Positions 1-10,894 of a stretch of DNA of 64,000 nt are shown one piece after another. Source of the stretch: Arenicellales bacterium (GTDB lineage: Bacteria; Pseudomonadota; Gammaproteobacteria; Arenicellales; JAJDZL01); the NCBI GenBank assembly GCA_965203865.1, contig OZ241916.1, positions 2,872,738 through 2,936,737 on the forward strand, in the 5' to 3' direction. A program made the position numbers and the translations under genes. Below the pieces are notes generated by a model. It worked only from the letters and a program-made list of their open reading frames with translations, was not told the DNA's origin and ran no database searches. Each line of letters opens with the position of its first letter. Within the stretch, counting starts at the first letter, position 1.

Positions 1-378
1 ATGCGCCAGTAGATGGGAACACGAAACCTCTGCTCCCGCATTCCATCTTCCTGATACGCTTGATTGGTCTTGTATGTCCAACCAACGAAAAAATCAAGTA
101 TTTGTAGTGCCGCCTGCAAAAGTAGGAAAATCGCAGACAATTGGAACTCCCCAAAAAGAAAACTTCTCAAGTTCAAACAATAAGCGCTAATGATTTTGAC
201 ACTGGGTCAATGGCAAGCTCTTTAACCGGAGATGAAGCGAGAATTTCAATATCGTTTGTTTAAATTCAGGCGTGGCTAGATAAAATTTAGCGACAAAGCA
301 TAAATTCATGCCTGGCATCGGGGTATAATATAGACCTTGACCATGAATAGGAACTTATCAATACTCCCTTAAACTCGC

Positions 379-2268
379 GTGGCACATACGTACGACGCAT
401 CTGCAATTGAAGTCCTGGTGGGGCTTGAACCGGTTCGCAAGCGACCGGGCATGTACACTCAAACTGAGCAACCCAATCATCTCGCTCAGGAAATTGTCGA
501 CAACAGCGTAGACGAAGTCATTGCCGGGTTTGCTAGTCAAATTGATATAACTCTGCACACCGACCTCTCATTGAGCGTGAAAGACAACGGGCGCGGAATG
601 CCCGTAGACATGCATCAAGAAGAAAACTTGCCCGGTGTAGAAGTAATCATGACCCGCCTGCATGCCGGTGCAAAGTTTTCAAGCAAAAACTACATGCACT
701 CCGGCGGATTGCACGGAGTCGGAGTATCTGTGGTCAACGCACTTTCCAAACGACTGGAAGTTGAAATTCGACGAGACGGCAAACTGCATCGGATGCTGTT
801 TGAAGATGGAAACACTGTCGAACAACTACAGGTAGTCGAACAGGTTCGAAAAAACGATACCGGTTCCAAGGTTCAATTTTGGCCGGACGAGCAGTTCTTC
901 GATTCGGTCAAGTTTAGTCTCCCCAGATTAAAGCATTTGCTATTGGCGAAAGCTGTACTTTGCCCAGGACTGCATATCAACTTCACTGATGAAAACAATT
1001 CGGAAAACAATGAGAGCTGGTTTTTCGAGGATGGTCTAGGGGACTACCTTGCCAATCAATTGAACGGAAGCGAGCGAATTCCAGCTGAACCGATTATCTT
1101 TCACAAGAAATCAGATGATTCCCAAGTTGACTGGGTAGTGGTTTGGAGTCCTGAATCAGCTGAAACGATTACTGAAAGCTATGTAAATTTGATTCCAACT
1201 TCACTTGGCGGAACCCATGTGAATGGACTGCGAACAGGAATGACCGACGCTGTCCGAGAATTTTGCGAACTTCGGAACTTGCTGCCGCGAGGGATTCGAA
1301 TTTCCGCAGAAGATGTCTGGAGGCATTGCAGTTTTGTACTTTCCGTACGCATGGACAACCCGCAATTCACCGGTCAAACCAAAGACAGGCTAACATCCCA
1401 GGGGATCGGCAAAACTGTTTCTGCAATTGCGAAAGACGCTTTCAGTCTCTGGCTTCACAAGCATGTAACAGATGCAGAGCGAATTGCCCAGCTTTGCATT
1501 GAACTAGCCCGCAGTCGTCAACGTGCAAACAAGCAAGTTCAGAGAAAGAAATACGGGGCAGGTCCAGCACTGCCCGGCAAATTGACAGATTGCACAAGCG
1601 GAAACATTGAGCTTACAGAATTGTTTCTTGTAGAAGGCGATTCAGCCGGAGGTTCTGCACGACAGGCCCGAAATCGGGAAACACAGGCCATACTGCCACT
1701 TCGGGGGAAAATTCTGAATACCTGGGAGATTGACTCAACTCAGGTTCTTGCATCAAACGAAGTACATGATCTGGCGGTCGCTCTGGGAGTTGACCCGGGG
1801 TCTGACAATATTTCTGGACTACGATACGGGAAGGTATGTATTCTCGCCGACGCGGATTCTGATGGTGCGCATATTGCCACGCTGCTATGTGCTCTCTTTG
1901 TCAGGCATTTTCGGAAGCTGGTGGAAAATGGTCGTATCTATGTAGCTCAGCCTCCACTGTATAGAGTTGATGCTGGAAAAGACGTGCACTATGTTTTGGA
2001 CGATAGCGAACTGGACAGTGTAGTTGAAGAACTGGAAGCGAAAAAGCCGAAAAGGAAAGTTTCAATTCAGCGATTCAAGGGGTTGGGCGAGATGAACCCC
2101 AAGCAGTTGAAAGAAACTACAATGCATCCTGAAACTCGAAAACTGGTTCAATTGACACTGGATGAACCTGCCAAGACAGACCGCTTGCTGAACATGCTTC
2201 TGGCGAAGAAAAAAGTAGCAGAACGCAAGAACTGGCTTACAGAATTCGGCGACCGCGCACAATTGTAG
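379..2268 (+). CDS. parE: DNA topoisomerase IV subunit B
   Basis: 629-aa ORF with a GTG start. N-terminus is MAHTYDASAIEVLVGLEPVRKRPGMYT. GHKL motifs (EIVDNSVDE, DNGRGMP) and Toprim motifs (EGDSAGGSA, DADSDGAHI) are present. Length fits ParE rather than GyrB, and parC follows directly. Confidence 0.95.
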   Translation: MAHTYDASAIEVLVGLEPVRKRPGMYTQTEQPNHLAQEIVDNSVDEVIAGFASQIDITLHTDLSLSVKDNGRGMPVDMHQEENLPGVEVIMTRLHAGAKFSSKNYMHSGGLHGVGVSVVNALSKRLEVEIRRDGKLHRMLFEDGNTVEQLQVVEQVRKNDTGSKVQFWPDEQFFDSVKFSLPRLKHLLLAKAVLCPGLHINFTDENNSENNESWFFEDGLGDYLANQLNGSERIPAEPIIFHKKSDDSQVDWVVVWSPESAETITESYVNLIPTSLGGTHVNGLRTGMTDAVREFCELRNLLPRGIRISAEDVWRHCSFVLSVRMDNPQFTGQTKDRLTSQGIGKTVSAIAKDAFSLWLHKHVTDAERIAQLCIELARSRQRANKQVQRKKYGAGPALPGKLTDCTSGNIELTELFLVEGDSAGGSARQARNRETQAILPLRGKILNTWEIDSTQVLASNEVHDLAVALGVDPGSDNISGLRYGKVCILADADSDGAHIATLLCALFVRHFRKLVENGRIYVAQPPLYRVDAGKDVHYVLDDSELDSVVEELEAKKPKRKVSIQRFKGLGEMNPKQLKETTMHPETRKLVQLTLDEPAKTDRLLNMLLAKKKVAERKNWLTEFGDRAQL

Positions 2269-2302
2269 TAATCATTGACGATTTCAAGTCGCCAGACCAG
2301 CC

Positions 2303-4585
2303 ATGCCGGATATAACATCTGAAGAATCCAAAAAGCAGGTACAACTGAGCCTGGTACTGAATCCAGACTCGGATTCGGAAAAAATAGTACTGGCCGATTT
2401 TGCTGAAAAGGCGTATCTCGACTACTCGATGTACGTCATTTTGGACCGTGCACTGCCTCATATATCCGACGGGCTGAAACCTGTACAGCGCAGGATCATT
2501 TATGCAATGTCCGAGTTGGGCCTGAGTGCAACAGCAAAGTTCAAAAAATCTGCCCGCACTGTTGGAGATGTAATCGGGAAGTTTCATCCGCACGGAGAAA
2601 CTGCGGCATACGAAGCCATGGTGCTTATGGCGCAGCCGTTCTCTTATCGCTACCCCATTGTAGACGGACAAGGAAACTGGGGCTCGCAGGACGATCCTAA
2701 ATCTTTCGCAGCAATGCGCTACACCGAGTGCAGATTTGCTCCCTACGCGCAAGTTCTGCTTGAAGAGGTTTCTCAGGGCACAGTAGACTGGATACCGAAC
2801 TTCGATGGTACTCTGAGAGAGCCTCAGCGACTTCCGGCACAACTTCCCAATGTTTTGCTAAACGGCTCTTCAGGAATCGCTGTCGGAATGGCAACTGATA
2901 TTCCGCCTCATAATATTTCCGAAGTCGTAAAGGCGTGTATCAAACTGCTACAGGAACCAAAATCCACAGTTGAAGATCTATGCCAACTTATTCTTGCTCC
3001 TGACTTTCCTACTGAAGCAGAAATTACTACTCCTCGAGGTGAAATAGTTTCGATGTACGAGTCGGGCAACGGTTCCATTCGTCAGCGAGCATCCTGGAAT
3101 ACAGAAGGCAATTCAATTGTAATCACAGCACTGCCCTACCAAACTTCCGGCGCAAAAATTATGGAGCAAATTGGTTCGCAAATACTGGCCAAAAAACTTC
3201 CGATGGTTGTTGACTTGCGAGATGAATCGGATGAAGAGGAGCCCACCAGACTTGTACTGGAATTAAAGAGTAATCGGACCAAAGCTCAACCTTTAATGAG
3301 CCATCTTTTCGCAACTACTGATTTAGAAAAAAGCCATCGCGTTAACCTGAACATGATTGGCCTGGATGGCAGACCCAGAGTCTACAATTTGAAAATTTTG
3401 CTTAAAGAGTGGCTTGAATTCAGATCGAACACAGTTTTAAAGAGACTGGAAAGCCGGCTAAGCACTGTAAGCGACCGCTTGCACATATTGGACGGGTTGT
3501 TAATCGTATTTTTGGATATTGACGAAGTTATATACATTGTTCGTAATGAAGACGAGCCTAAATCTGCATTAATGGAACGCTTTTCTCTTAGCGACAAACA
3601 GGCGGAAGCAATTCTGGAGATTCGTCTTCGCCAACTGGCAAAATTGGAAGAATTGAAAATTCGTCAAGAGCAATCAGAACTTGTCCAGGAAAAGACGGAG
3701 ATAGAGTTGGTAATCGGGTCAAAACGAAGATTAAACACTCTGGTACGACAAGAACTTGAAGCTGCTTCGGAGAAATATGGAGACAAACGTCGCTCCCCGC
3801 TCAAGGAAGGCAGTGCAGCAAAGGCCTTTAGTGAAATCGATCTTATTACGACAGAATCAATTACTGTTGTGCTATCAAAAATGGGCTGGATTCGCGTAGC
3901 AAAAGGACACGATATTGACCCGACATCACTGAGCTATCGCGAAGGAGACGAATTTCTGGAATGTGCAAAGGGTAAATCTGTTGACAATCTGATTTGCATG
4001 GATTCAATGGGCAGGACCTATTCACTTCAGGCTCATAAGTTATCTTCAGCAAGATCATTGGGAGAGCCGCTCACTAGCACCTTGACCCCGGATTCAGACG
4101 TGGGTTTTACCAGTGTAATTCTTGGCAAGAATGACTGGCACTGTTTTGTTGGCACCGATGAAGGTAAAGGATTTGTGACACCAGTTAGTGACATGATGGC
4201 AAAAAGCCGTAAAGGCAAAGCGACTCTGAGAGTACCAAAGGGGCATATGCCGCTACCTATGCAAACTATTTCGGATATGGAACAACTACTGGCTGTAGTC
4301 ACATCGCACGGTAGACTGCTAATTTATTCCGTTAATGAACTACCTGTCATGTCAAAGGGTGGCGGGGCTCGTTTAATCAATCTCCCGCCAAAAGCTCGAA
4401 AAGAGGGAGAAAGAGTCAGCCATGTAAAAATTCTGTCCATTAAGGATGAATTAATATTGCACTCTGGCAAACGCTATATGCGATTGAAGAAATCTGAATT
4501 TGAAAACTATTTGGGGGCAAGAGCACTTAGAGGGACCCTTCTTCCAAAAGGATTCCGGCACGTACACAAAGCTGAAGTGGAATGA
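2303..4585 (+). CDS. parC: DNA topoisomerase IV subunit A
   Basis: 760-aa ORF starting 34 nt after par[20 protein letters not shown] and the active-site Tyr context AAMRYTECR are typical of ParC/GyrA. Confidence 0.95.
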   Translation: MPDITSEESKKQVQLSLVLNPDSDSEKIVLADFAEKAYLDYSMYVILDRALPHISDGLKPVQRRIIYAMSELGLSATAKFKKSARTVGDVIGKFHPHGETAAYEAMVLMAQPFSYRYPIVDGQGNWGSQDDPKSFAAMRYTECRFAPYAQVLLEEVSQGTVDWIPNFDGTLREPQRLPAQLPNVLLNGSSGIAVGMATDIPPHNISEVVKACIKLLQEPKSTVEDLCQLILAPDFPTEAEITTPRGEIVSMYESGNGSIRQRASWNTEGNSIVITALPYQTSGAKIMEQIGSQILAKKLPMVVDLRDESDEEEPTRLVLELKSNRTKAQPLMSHLFATTDLEKSHRVNLNMIGLDGRPRVYNLKILLKEWLEFRSNTVLKRLESRLSTVSDRLHILDGLLIVFLDIDEVIYIVRNEDEPKSALMERFSLSDKQAEAILEIRLRQLAKLEELKIRQEQSELVQEKTEIELVIGSKRRLNTLVRQELEAASEKYGDKRRSPLKEGSAAKAFSEIDLITTESITVVLSKMGWIRVAKGHDIDPTSLSYREGDEFLECAKGKSVDNLICMDSMGRTYSLQAHKLSSARSLGEPLTSTLTPDSDVGFTSVILGKNDWHCFVGTDEGKGFVTPVSDMMAKSRKGKATLRVPKGHMPLPMQTISDMEQLLAVVTSHGRLLIYSVNELPVMSKGGGARLINLPPKARKEGERVSHVKILSIKDELILHSGKRYMRLKKSEFENYLGARALRGTLLPKGFRHVHKAEVE

Positions 4586-6639
4586 ACAAGATGGTTCAAA
4601 AAACTTATCACCCCCCCCCCCTATCTGAAGTAACGAACGCAAAAAGTCCGCGGCTTTGGTTTACTTCGTTCAGTAAGCCCGAAGGGTTTGGTTCGCATTC
4701 GATTTCAATTGGTAACGATATTAGCCCTGCCCCTATCGTTCGAGAACTGATTCAAAATTCTCTGGATGCCGGCCAATTGGCTGGTCGTTCAGAAGTAAAA
4801 ATCAGGTTTGAATTTGATGTTGTACGCGCTATTGAAATACCGGGTTGGGAAGAATACAAAGAAGCATTTCATGCTGCCGAAGATGCTCATAGTGAATACC
4901 TAGAGGCAGTTGAGGCTCAATACCTACGATTCTTGGAAAGTATCGAATCGCCAACACTTCCAATTCTGCATGTCATTGATAATGGCATTGGTCTAAACGA
5001 CCAAAGGATGAATGCCTTGCTAGGTGATGGCACTACGAGCAAGACAAACGATGAAGCCAATTCTGCCGGCTCATATGGACTAGGTCACTTCACAGCGTTT
5101 CCAGCATCAAATCTTCAATACATTTTGTATGGCGGACTCACCAAAGATGGTGTCAGGTGTGCTTCTGCACACGCTATCCTTGCTTCACACGAGTCAAATC
5201 AAGAACTCAAAGGTAAAGATGGATACTTAATATTGGAAACAAGAAACGATATTCGAAATCGATACGTATTTCCAAAAAACGGGCAAATTCCATCAATCAT
5301 TGATCGTAAATTGTCTGAAATTGAAAAGCAGAGCGAGTCTGGTTCAGTAGTTTCTATAACAGCGTTTAACGAGTTTATGGATAAAGAACAAAATGCCGTA
5401 GAACTAATCCTAGCATCTGCAGCAAAGCACTTTTTTCCTGCAATTCATCGCAAACGATTGATTCTCGAAGTACTCAAGGAAGGGGAAAAAACAATATTGG
5501 ATCAAGCAAAGCTGCATAAGTTGCTTGATAGTATAAAGTCCGAAAAACGAAGTCGAGACACCATTAACGGAAATAAGGCTTTTTCGGCGTTTCAGACACT
5601 TTGCAACGGCAATTCGAAAGAGGTAGAAACAGGCTTTGGCAAAGTTACCATCTTTGTGAGACAAGCTCCGAATGAAATTACACGCGTCAGTTTATTTCGA
5701 AACGGCATGTATATCACCGACGATTTAACACGAAACCGTCCGGGAAACTTTACGAAGTTTCTACCATTCAACGCTGTAATTCTGCTGGATCCCCCTTCCG
5801 ATATCGACAAATCTCGAGCATTCGAACTGGTTCGAAAGGCTGAGGGTGAGAAACACTCAGACATTAAACGACAAAGGCTAGCAGAAAAGCACTTGGAAGA
5901 TTTTGACGAGTTGTTTAATTCAATTCAACAGAATATCGGAGAAATGGCAGAGAAAGACAGTGGCGAATTCTTTATCCCTAGAGGCTTTATGCCCATTGAC
6001 TCACACGATGCATCTAGCCCGAGTCCGAATCAGCCAACAAGAAAGCGTAAGGCAACAGAGCAAACCGGTTCGTCCGTTATTCGACCTGAATTTTTACAAA
6101 CTTCAGAATCTCTGCTTAACAACATTCTTGAAGGTGACGGTGGAAACTCAAACGAAAACAGATCGGGTGCTGGGTCAGGAAATCCCAGTTCGGGGAATGA
6201 TGACGGCAAAGGAAAAAGAAACTTGTCAGGCAATCAAGATGGTCTGCAACCAAATTTCGACCCGAGAGGTGCTGTGGCTGATGTTCAAACAATGGCAAGA
6301 ATCTCCAAAAAGAATGTTGAACTGTTGATTTGCCCAAACACTGACTTGGAAAATGCTGGCGTTCGCATAACTACTGACAGTGGGTCTGACCCATCCTGCA
6401 CAGACCCGATTAAAGAAAAATTCCTTTCTTTAAAAACTGGTGTGTCACTTAATGGTCAGATGTTGCCTTCTGATGCGTATGTTTATGGCGGAAACGACAG
6501 CAAAATATATGAAATTCTACTGGGACCCATTTGCAAGGGAGAAAGAAAGAAATTGTCAATTCCGTTGTTGGATCAATACTCAGACGGAACAGTCTTCAAG
6601 GTAAATGTTGTAAATCGAAAACTTCAAAACAGGAACTAA
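4582..6639 (+). CDS. GHKL-superfamily ATPase; first gene of the Dnd/Ssp-like DNA sulfur-modification module (occupies the ATPase position)
   Basis: 685-aa ORF. Bergerat-fold motifs: N-box [12 protein letters not shown]1 [11 protein letters not shown]2 [10 protein letters not shown]. Its ATG overlaps the parC stop (ATGA). The C-terminal part contains a low-complexity G/S/N-rich linker. Function is inferred from context. Confidence 0.75.
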   Translation: MNKMVQKTYHPPPLSEVTNAKSPRLWFTSFSKPEGFGSHSISIGNDISPAPIVRELIQNSLDAGQLAGRSEVKIRFEFDVVRAIEIPGWEEYKEAFHAAEDAHSEYLEAVEAQYLRFLESIESPTLPILHVIDNGIGLNDQRMNALLGDGTTSKTNDEANSAGSYGLGHFTAFPASNLQYILYGGLTKDGVRCASAHAILASHESNQELKGKDGYLILETRNDIRNRYVFPKNGQIPSIIDRKLSEIEKQSESGSVVSITAFNEFMDKEQNAVELILASAAKHFFPAIHRKRLILEVLKEGEKTILDQAKLHKLLDSIKSEKRSRDTINGNKAFSAFQTLCNGNSKEVETGFGKVTIFVRQAPNEITRVSLFRNGMYITDDLTRNRPGNFTKFLPFNAVILLDPPSDIDKSRAFELVRKAEGEKHSDIKRQRLAEKHLEDFDELFNSIQQNIGEMAEKDSGEFFIPRGFMPIDSHDASSPSPNQPTRKRKATEQTGSSVIRPEFLQTSESLLNNILEGDGGNSNENRSGAGSGNPSSGNDDGKGKRNLSGNQDGLQPNFDPRGAVADVQTMARISKKNVELLICPNTDLENAGVRITTDSGSDPSCTDPIKEKFLSLKTGVSLNGQMLPSDAYVYGGNDSKIYEILLGPICKGERKKLSIPLLDQYSDGTVFKVNVVNRKLQNRN
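4611..4621 (+). repeat. C11 homopolymer tract inside codons 10-14 (HPPPL) of the GHKL gene
   Basis: Counted directly: 11 consecutive C, flanked by A and T, 30 nt after the start codon. Confidence 0.95.
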
Positions 6640-7482
6640 TTGATGACTGGAATGCTACCTCGAATTCGACCCTATCCGGTTTTGGCAGCCAACTGTTTGG
6701 ATTATCAGTCCGATCACAATTATGAGACTCGTCATGAAATTCATGAAGGCACCGATAGCCAACTGGTACTTGAGCATCAACTTACCGAGAATAACTTGGT
6801 TGCACGACTGCTTCAGGAAGGCAAAGCTCAATTTTGCTGCACATTCACCTCTACTTCGTCGGCCTACCGCGAGGTTTTTACAGAGAGTGGTCAACTAACT
6901 ACGCATAAGCAGATTATAGAGTTGGACAGGTCAAGAGCTACATACCCATTATTCTGCCAGTCTGCAATCATCACGGTAGATGAAATATTTCATGTCGTTG
7001 CACCTGACAGAGATGGTTTGCATGAATTTTGGCACGGTACCTCTTTAGTATTTCCAAAAGGTGCATTTCTAGCTATGACGCCATTTTGGCGTGCCAACGA
7101 CCCACTGAGAAGCATCTTGATTGTGAAAAAAGCACGAGATGGCGAGCTACCTGACGGATGCTTCGAAGTCAAGGAGGCTGAAGAGAACGGGTTTTATTTT
7201 GAAATGACCGTTGCTCCCGATTTGTATGGTTGCCTGATAAATGCAGGAGGAAATGCTACTGCTCATCGCGACAGCATATATTCAGCTGCCTTAGCACAAG
7301 GGTTTGAGATTTTGCAAACTAGGTACAAAGAAAAAGAGGCTTGGACTCCTCATCACAATCTTCGCGGACTTTACGAGATGCTAATCTCACGAAATTTACC
7401 CACTTGGATGGATGACGAATTTAGCCCAAATCGCACCGTCGCAAAATTTCATCCCCACAAAATTATTACTGATATTGATTAA
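6640..7482 (+). CDS. hypothetical protein (module member, no motif recognised)
   Basis: 280-aa ORF abutting the upstream stop. It begins TTG at 6640, with an ATG at 6643 that is the likelier start. Its sequence looks like a real protein and it is packed tightly in the operon. Confidence 0.7.
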   Translation: MMTGMLPRIRPYPVLAANCLDYQSDHNYETRHEIHEGTDSQLVLEHQLTENNLVARLLQEGKAQFCCTFTSTSSAYREVFTESGQLTTHKQIIELDRSRATYPLFCQSAIITVDEIFHVVAPDRDGLHEFWHGTSLVFPKGAFLAMTPFWRANDPLRSILIVKKARDGELPDGCFEVKEAEENGFYFEMTVAPDLYGCLINAGGNATAHRDSIYSAALAQGFEILQTRYKEKEAWTPHHNLRGLYEMLISRNLPTWMDDEFSPNRTVAKFHPHKIITDID

Positions 7483-7509
7483 ATCACTGATTAGGCGGAA
7501 TTTAATCAA

Positions 7510-8373
7510 GTGAATACCTTAAAATTCAACATTCTTTCTGCGGCAGATTTATCTCGCCTTAGACATGAGCTGATAAAAGGCGTTGGTGGCGAGCCTCCTT
7601 CCACCCTTATTCACAGGCAGAAGAAGTTTTTGGAATCAGTTGCTTGCAAATCTGCTACAGCACTTTTGGATCAACTTCCCGAAGGACGGGGAGACACAGA
7701 ATTAACGCTTCCGGTATTCAATAGAAAAATCACTGAGGCAGAACTATTTGATCCGCCTATTGACACTGAAAAGCTAATCTTTTCGACTCTCAGCGAACTC
7801 GAACCACGGTACGCTTGCTCACCAGCGTTCTGGGCAAGCCTGCATTTACAGTTGATATCGCGTGACATTGTCAGCCCGTCTTATTTTGCGATGGGGAAAG
7901 CTACTATGTCAGGAAGAGCCCGTATTCAAGAATCACTGCAATGCGATGATGCAAAAATGATTGATAGGTGTGTAAGAACATTTTTTCGAAGATTTTGCGG
8001 ATTACCTGAGGTAAGAGGAACTTCCAGTGTTTTTATGGACTGTCGTACTGCACGAGCTTGGTGGCGCGGGTTCTTGGTTAGTGAAGTACGCCAGTATATT
8101 GATGCGGAAGAAGAAAAACTGTGGAGAAAACTTAGGCATACAGAATTTTGGACTCACTTGATGATGTATGGAGTCCGAAGGCTAACCGTAATCAGTGATA
8201 AGAAAATTCGAGTGGCAACCATCGTTAGATTTGCTGAAATGCACCCTGAATTAAAGTCAAGACAAGATATTCAGCAATTTCTTGGAAAAATCGGAGCGAG
8301 ATCCACTTATCAGGTAATGGGAGCCCTTACGGTTGATGAAAACTTGAAAATTATTCAATCGCTTGAGAAGTAA
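7510..8373 (+). CDS. hypothetical protein (module member; the length is what I recall for SspB-type proteins, but no motif was verified)
   Basis: 287-aa ORF with a GTG start. The next gene's ATG directly follows its stop (TAAATG). Confidence 0.7.
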   Translation: MNTLKFNILSAADLSRLRHELIKGVGGEPPSTLIHRQKKFLESVACKSATALLDQLPEGRGDTELTLPVFNRKITEAELFDPPIDTEKLIFSTLSELEPRYACSPAFWASLHLQLISRDIVSPSYFAMGKATMSGRARIQESLQCDDAKMIDRCVRTFFRRFCGLPEVRGTSSVFMDCRTARAWWRGFLVSEVRQYIDAEEEKLWRKLRHTEFWTHLMMYGVRRLTVISDKKIRVATIVRFAEMHPELKSRQDIQQFLGKIGARSTYQVMGALTVDENLKIIQSLEK

Positions 8374-9657
8374 ATGCAAATCACCAAGCAAAGCCAACCA
8401 TTACCGAGACTTCGCGGGCTTCCTCAAATTGAATTAAACTACGAAGTTCCACACCATAAGGAATTGCCGCACGTCTTCAAGTTTTCAGGCGGAAGATCCA
8501 GCTCTATGCTGTTGCTTGCACTTTTGAAGAGTCGTCAACTTCGACCTTCGCGCGGAGATGTAGTCGTTTTCAACAATACTTCAACTGAATACCCAGCAAC
8601 CTATGAATTTGTGACCACATGCAAGCGCATTGTGGAACAACGCTACAACATTCCATTTTTCTGGCTGGAATTTCAAACCTATGAAGATGCTCGAAGAGGC
8701 CAGTGGTCGCGTCTTCCCACTTTTCGCTTGGTACATCCGGTACCGTACTCTAAATCCAAACCTAATGGTTACCGGCACAAAGGAGAGGTGTTTGAAGAGC
8801 TTGTGTCATGGAAGCAGCAACTTCCAAACCGATTCACACGACTATGTACTCAACATTTGAAATTGGAGACGACCGCGAATTTTCTGGGCGAGTGGCTAGC
8901 GGTAAAGAGCCAAACTCATCGCCTCGGTCATTGGTACGACAAAACGAAAGTTAAAGCAGTCGACCAAAGTGAACGAGCAAAACTTCAAGAATATCTTTTA
9001 TCCCAACCCCCAACGCGATCTAGACAGAAATTTCAAGATTACACTTCTGCCAAGCTGGTAAGAATTTCCAAAAAGAGGCTAGCAGAATACTGCCTTGATG
9101 AGACGGCGACATTGAAAGGTCTTAACCCGGTAGAGTTTATCTCAATCATTGGACTTCGCGGTGACGAGCCGCGTCGCGTTGCGCGGGTGAAGGAACGAAA
9201 TCGATCATTTGCAAATTCGTCTGACTTGCCTGATCGCTTAGCGGACGGAGAGCATGTTTATATGCCACTATTCGATGCAGAAATCGATCGAAATGATGTT
9301 TTGAAATTTTGGTCGAAACAAACTTGGGACTTAAATACTCCTCATAGTCTGAACTTGTCCAACTGCGTATACTGTTTTATGAAAGGAAAGCAAACCTTGT
9401 CCTTGCTAGCATCGAGGGAGTGTTCAACCAAAAACAATTCTGCTCAATATGGACCAGAGCATATTGAGTGGTGGAGTGATATAGAGAATCGTTATTCGCG
9501 GCAGATGGCAAGCAAGCGAAAAAACGGAGCTATAACCAGATTCGGCTTTTTTGGAGCAGATGCCCCAGTATCGTATGCACAAATTCAGAAAGAGGCACGG
9601 ATAAACTCAGACATCGCTCTTGATTCGGACTCACTACCCTGTGAATGCACTGACTGA
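8374..9657 (+). CDS. PP-loop ATP pyrophosphatase of the PAPS-reductase family (DndC/SspD-like)
   Basis: 427-aa ORF. PP-loop variant FKFSGGRSSSMLLLALL is near the N-terminus. Cys motifs NCVYCFMKG and the C-terminal LPCECTD fit the DndC / PAPS-reductase family. A cysteine desulfurase gene lies adjacent. Confidence 0.8.
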   Translation: MQITKQSQPLPRLRGLPQIELNYEVPHHKELPHVFKFSGGRSSSMLLLALLKSRQLRPSRGDVVVFNNTSTEYPATYEFVTTCKRIVEQRYNIPFFWLEFQTYEDARRGQWSRLPTFRLVHPVPYSKSKPNGYRHKGEVFEELVSWKQQLPNRFTRLCTQHLKLETTANFLGEWLAVKSQTHRLGHWYDKTKVKAVDQSERAKLQEYLLSQPPTRSRQKFQDYTSAKLVRISKKRLAEYCLDETATLKGLNPVEFISIIGLRGDEPRRVARVKERNRSFANSSDLPDRLADGEHVYMPLFDAEIDRNDVLKFWSKQTWDLNTPHSLNLSNCVYCFMKGKQTLSLLASRECSTKNNSAQYGPEHIEWWSDIENRYSRQMASKRKNGAITRFGFFGADAPVSYAQIQKEARINSDIALDSDSLPCECTD

Positions 9658-9662
9658 GACTG

Positions 9663-10823
9663 GTGAACGCTACAAAAGACGTAATCTATCTTGACCACCA
9701 AGCAACAACTCCGGTTGATTCTCGTGTACTAGATGCGATGCTGCCGTATTTTTCCGATGAATTTGCAAATCCACACGGCAATACCTATACGCTTTCAATA
9801 CTCGCCCGAGATGCGGTTGAAAACGCCCGACAACAAATCGCTGATACAGTCAGCGCTTCCCCACAGGAGATTTTCTTTACCGGAAGTGCCACTGAATCCA
9901 ATAATCTAGCACTGTTTGGAACAGCAATGGCAAGCAAGAAAAAACGTATTGCGATTGTAGCAACTGAACATAAATCTGTCATTGAACCAGCAATTCGGCT
10001 CCGTTCACAAGGCTATCAAGTGGATGTATTCAAAGTAGCGAAAAATGGAATCCTTAATCCCGAACATGTTCGTCTTGCGTTAAAGGATGACACAATTCTA
10101 CTGTCAGTAATGCTGGTCAACAATGAAATCGGAGTCATTCAGCCGGTTAGAGAAATTGCAAAGATATGTCATGAAAAAGGAGTATTTGTACATTCAGATT
10201 GTGCACAGGCACTAGGCAAGATTCCAGTCAACCTAAAGAACCTTGGTGTTGATCTTGCCACTTTCTCTTCGCACAAAGCTTACGGACCGAAAGGGATAGG
10301 AGCGATATACATTCGGCGAAAACCTAAAGTTTTAATCAAACCGCTTATACTGGGCGGCGGTCAAGAAGGTGGCATTCGCTCTGGAACTTTGCCAGTTCCA
10401 CTATGTGTAGGTTTTGGTACAGCAGCTACACTCGTTAAGAAACAATTGGCAAATGATATCAAGCGTATTGACCGTCTCACAAAAAAACTGCTTGATGGAT
10501 TCAGCAATGTCAAAAGTGATATCTTATTAAACGGCGACCCTGATCGTTTAGCACCCGGATGTCTAAGTATTTCGTTTCCCGGTTACCGAGGCGATAGTTT
10601 AATTGATGCGTTCTCCGGAATAGCATGTTCGACTGGCTCTTCTTGCGAAGCAACATCCACAAACGTTTCGCACGTTCTGCGCGCGATAGGTTTATCCAAA
10701 GCAAGGGCAGAATCTACACTAAGGTTCGGTATTGGTAGAGATACCGATGAAGGACAAATATTTTCCGCACTTGAAATCATTAGAAAGCATTTTCAAGGAG
10801 AGAGTGATTTACGGGAAGCATAA
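9663..10823 (+). CDS. class V PLP-dependent cysteine desulfurase (IscS/NifS/DndA/SspA-like)
   Basis: 386-aa ORF with a GTG start. IYLDHQATTP N-terminus, PLP-lysine context FSSHKAYGPKGIGAIYIR, and catalytic-Cys loop ACSTGSSCEA. Confidence 0.9.
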   Translation: MNATKDVIYLDHQATTPVDSRVLDAMLPYFSDEFANPHGNTYTLSILARDAVENARQQIADTVSASPQEIFFTGSATESNNLALFGTAMASKKKRIAIVATEHKSVIEPAIRLRSQGYQVDVFKVAKNGILNPEHVRLALKDDTILLSVMLVNNEIGVIQPVREIAKICHEKGVFVHSDCAQALGKIPVNLKNLGVDLATFSSHKAYGPKGIGAIYIRRKPKVLIKPLILGGGQEGGIRSGTLPVPLCVGFGTAATLVKKQLANDIKRIDRLTKKLLDGFSNVKSDILLNGDPDRLAPGCLSISFPGYRGDSLIDAFSGIACSTGSSCEATSTNVSHVLRAIGLSKARAESTLRFGIGRDTDEGQIFSALEIIRKHFQGESDLREA

Positions 10824-10894
10824 AAGCGGACAATCAGGAAATTCAAAAACGGCAACAACAAACCAAGTATTGTAGTTTGCATTAAAATCAGTAA

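Noticed and set aside
1-176. Possible 5' part of a minus-strand gene running off the left edge (hand translation ...LRSFLFGEFQLSAIFLLLQAALQILDFFVGWTYKTNQAYQEDGMREQRFRVPIYWR).
   Set aside because: The only possible starts are TTG codons without an SD, the fragment is short and I recognise no family. It is too weak to call as a feature.
2237-2842. 201-aa minus-strand ORF spanning the parE/parC junction.
   Set aside because: It is antisense to two strongly supported, conserved genes and has no recognisable motif.
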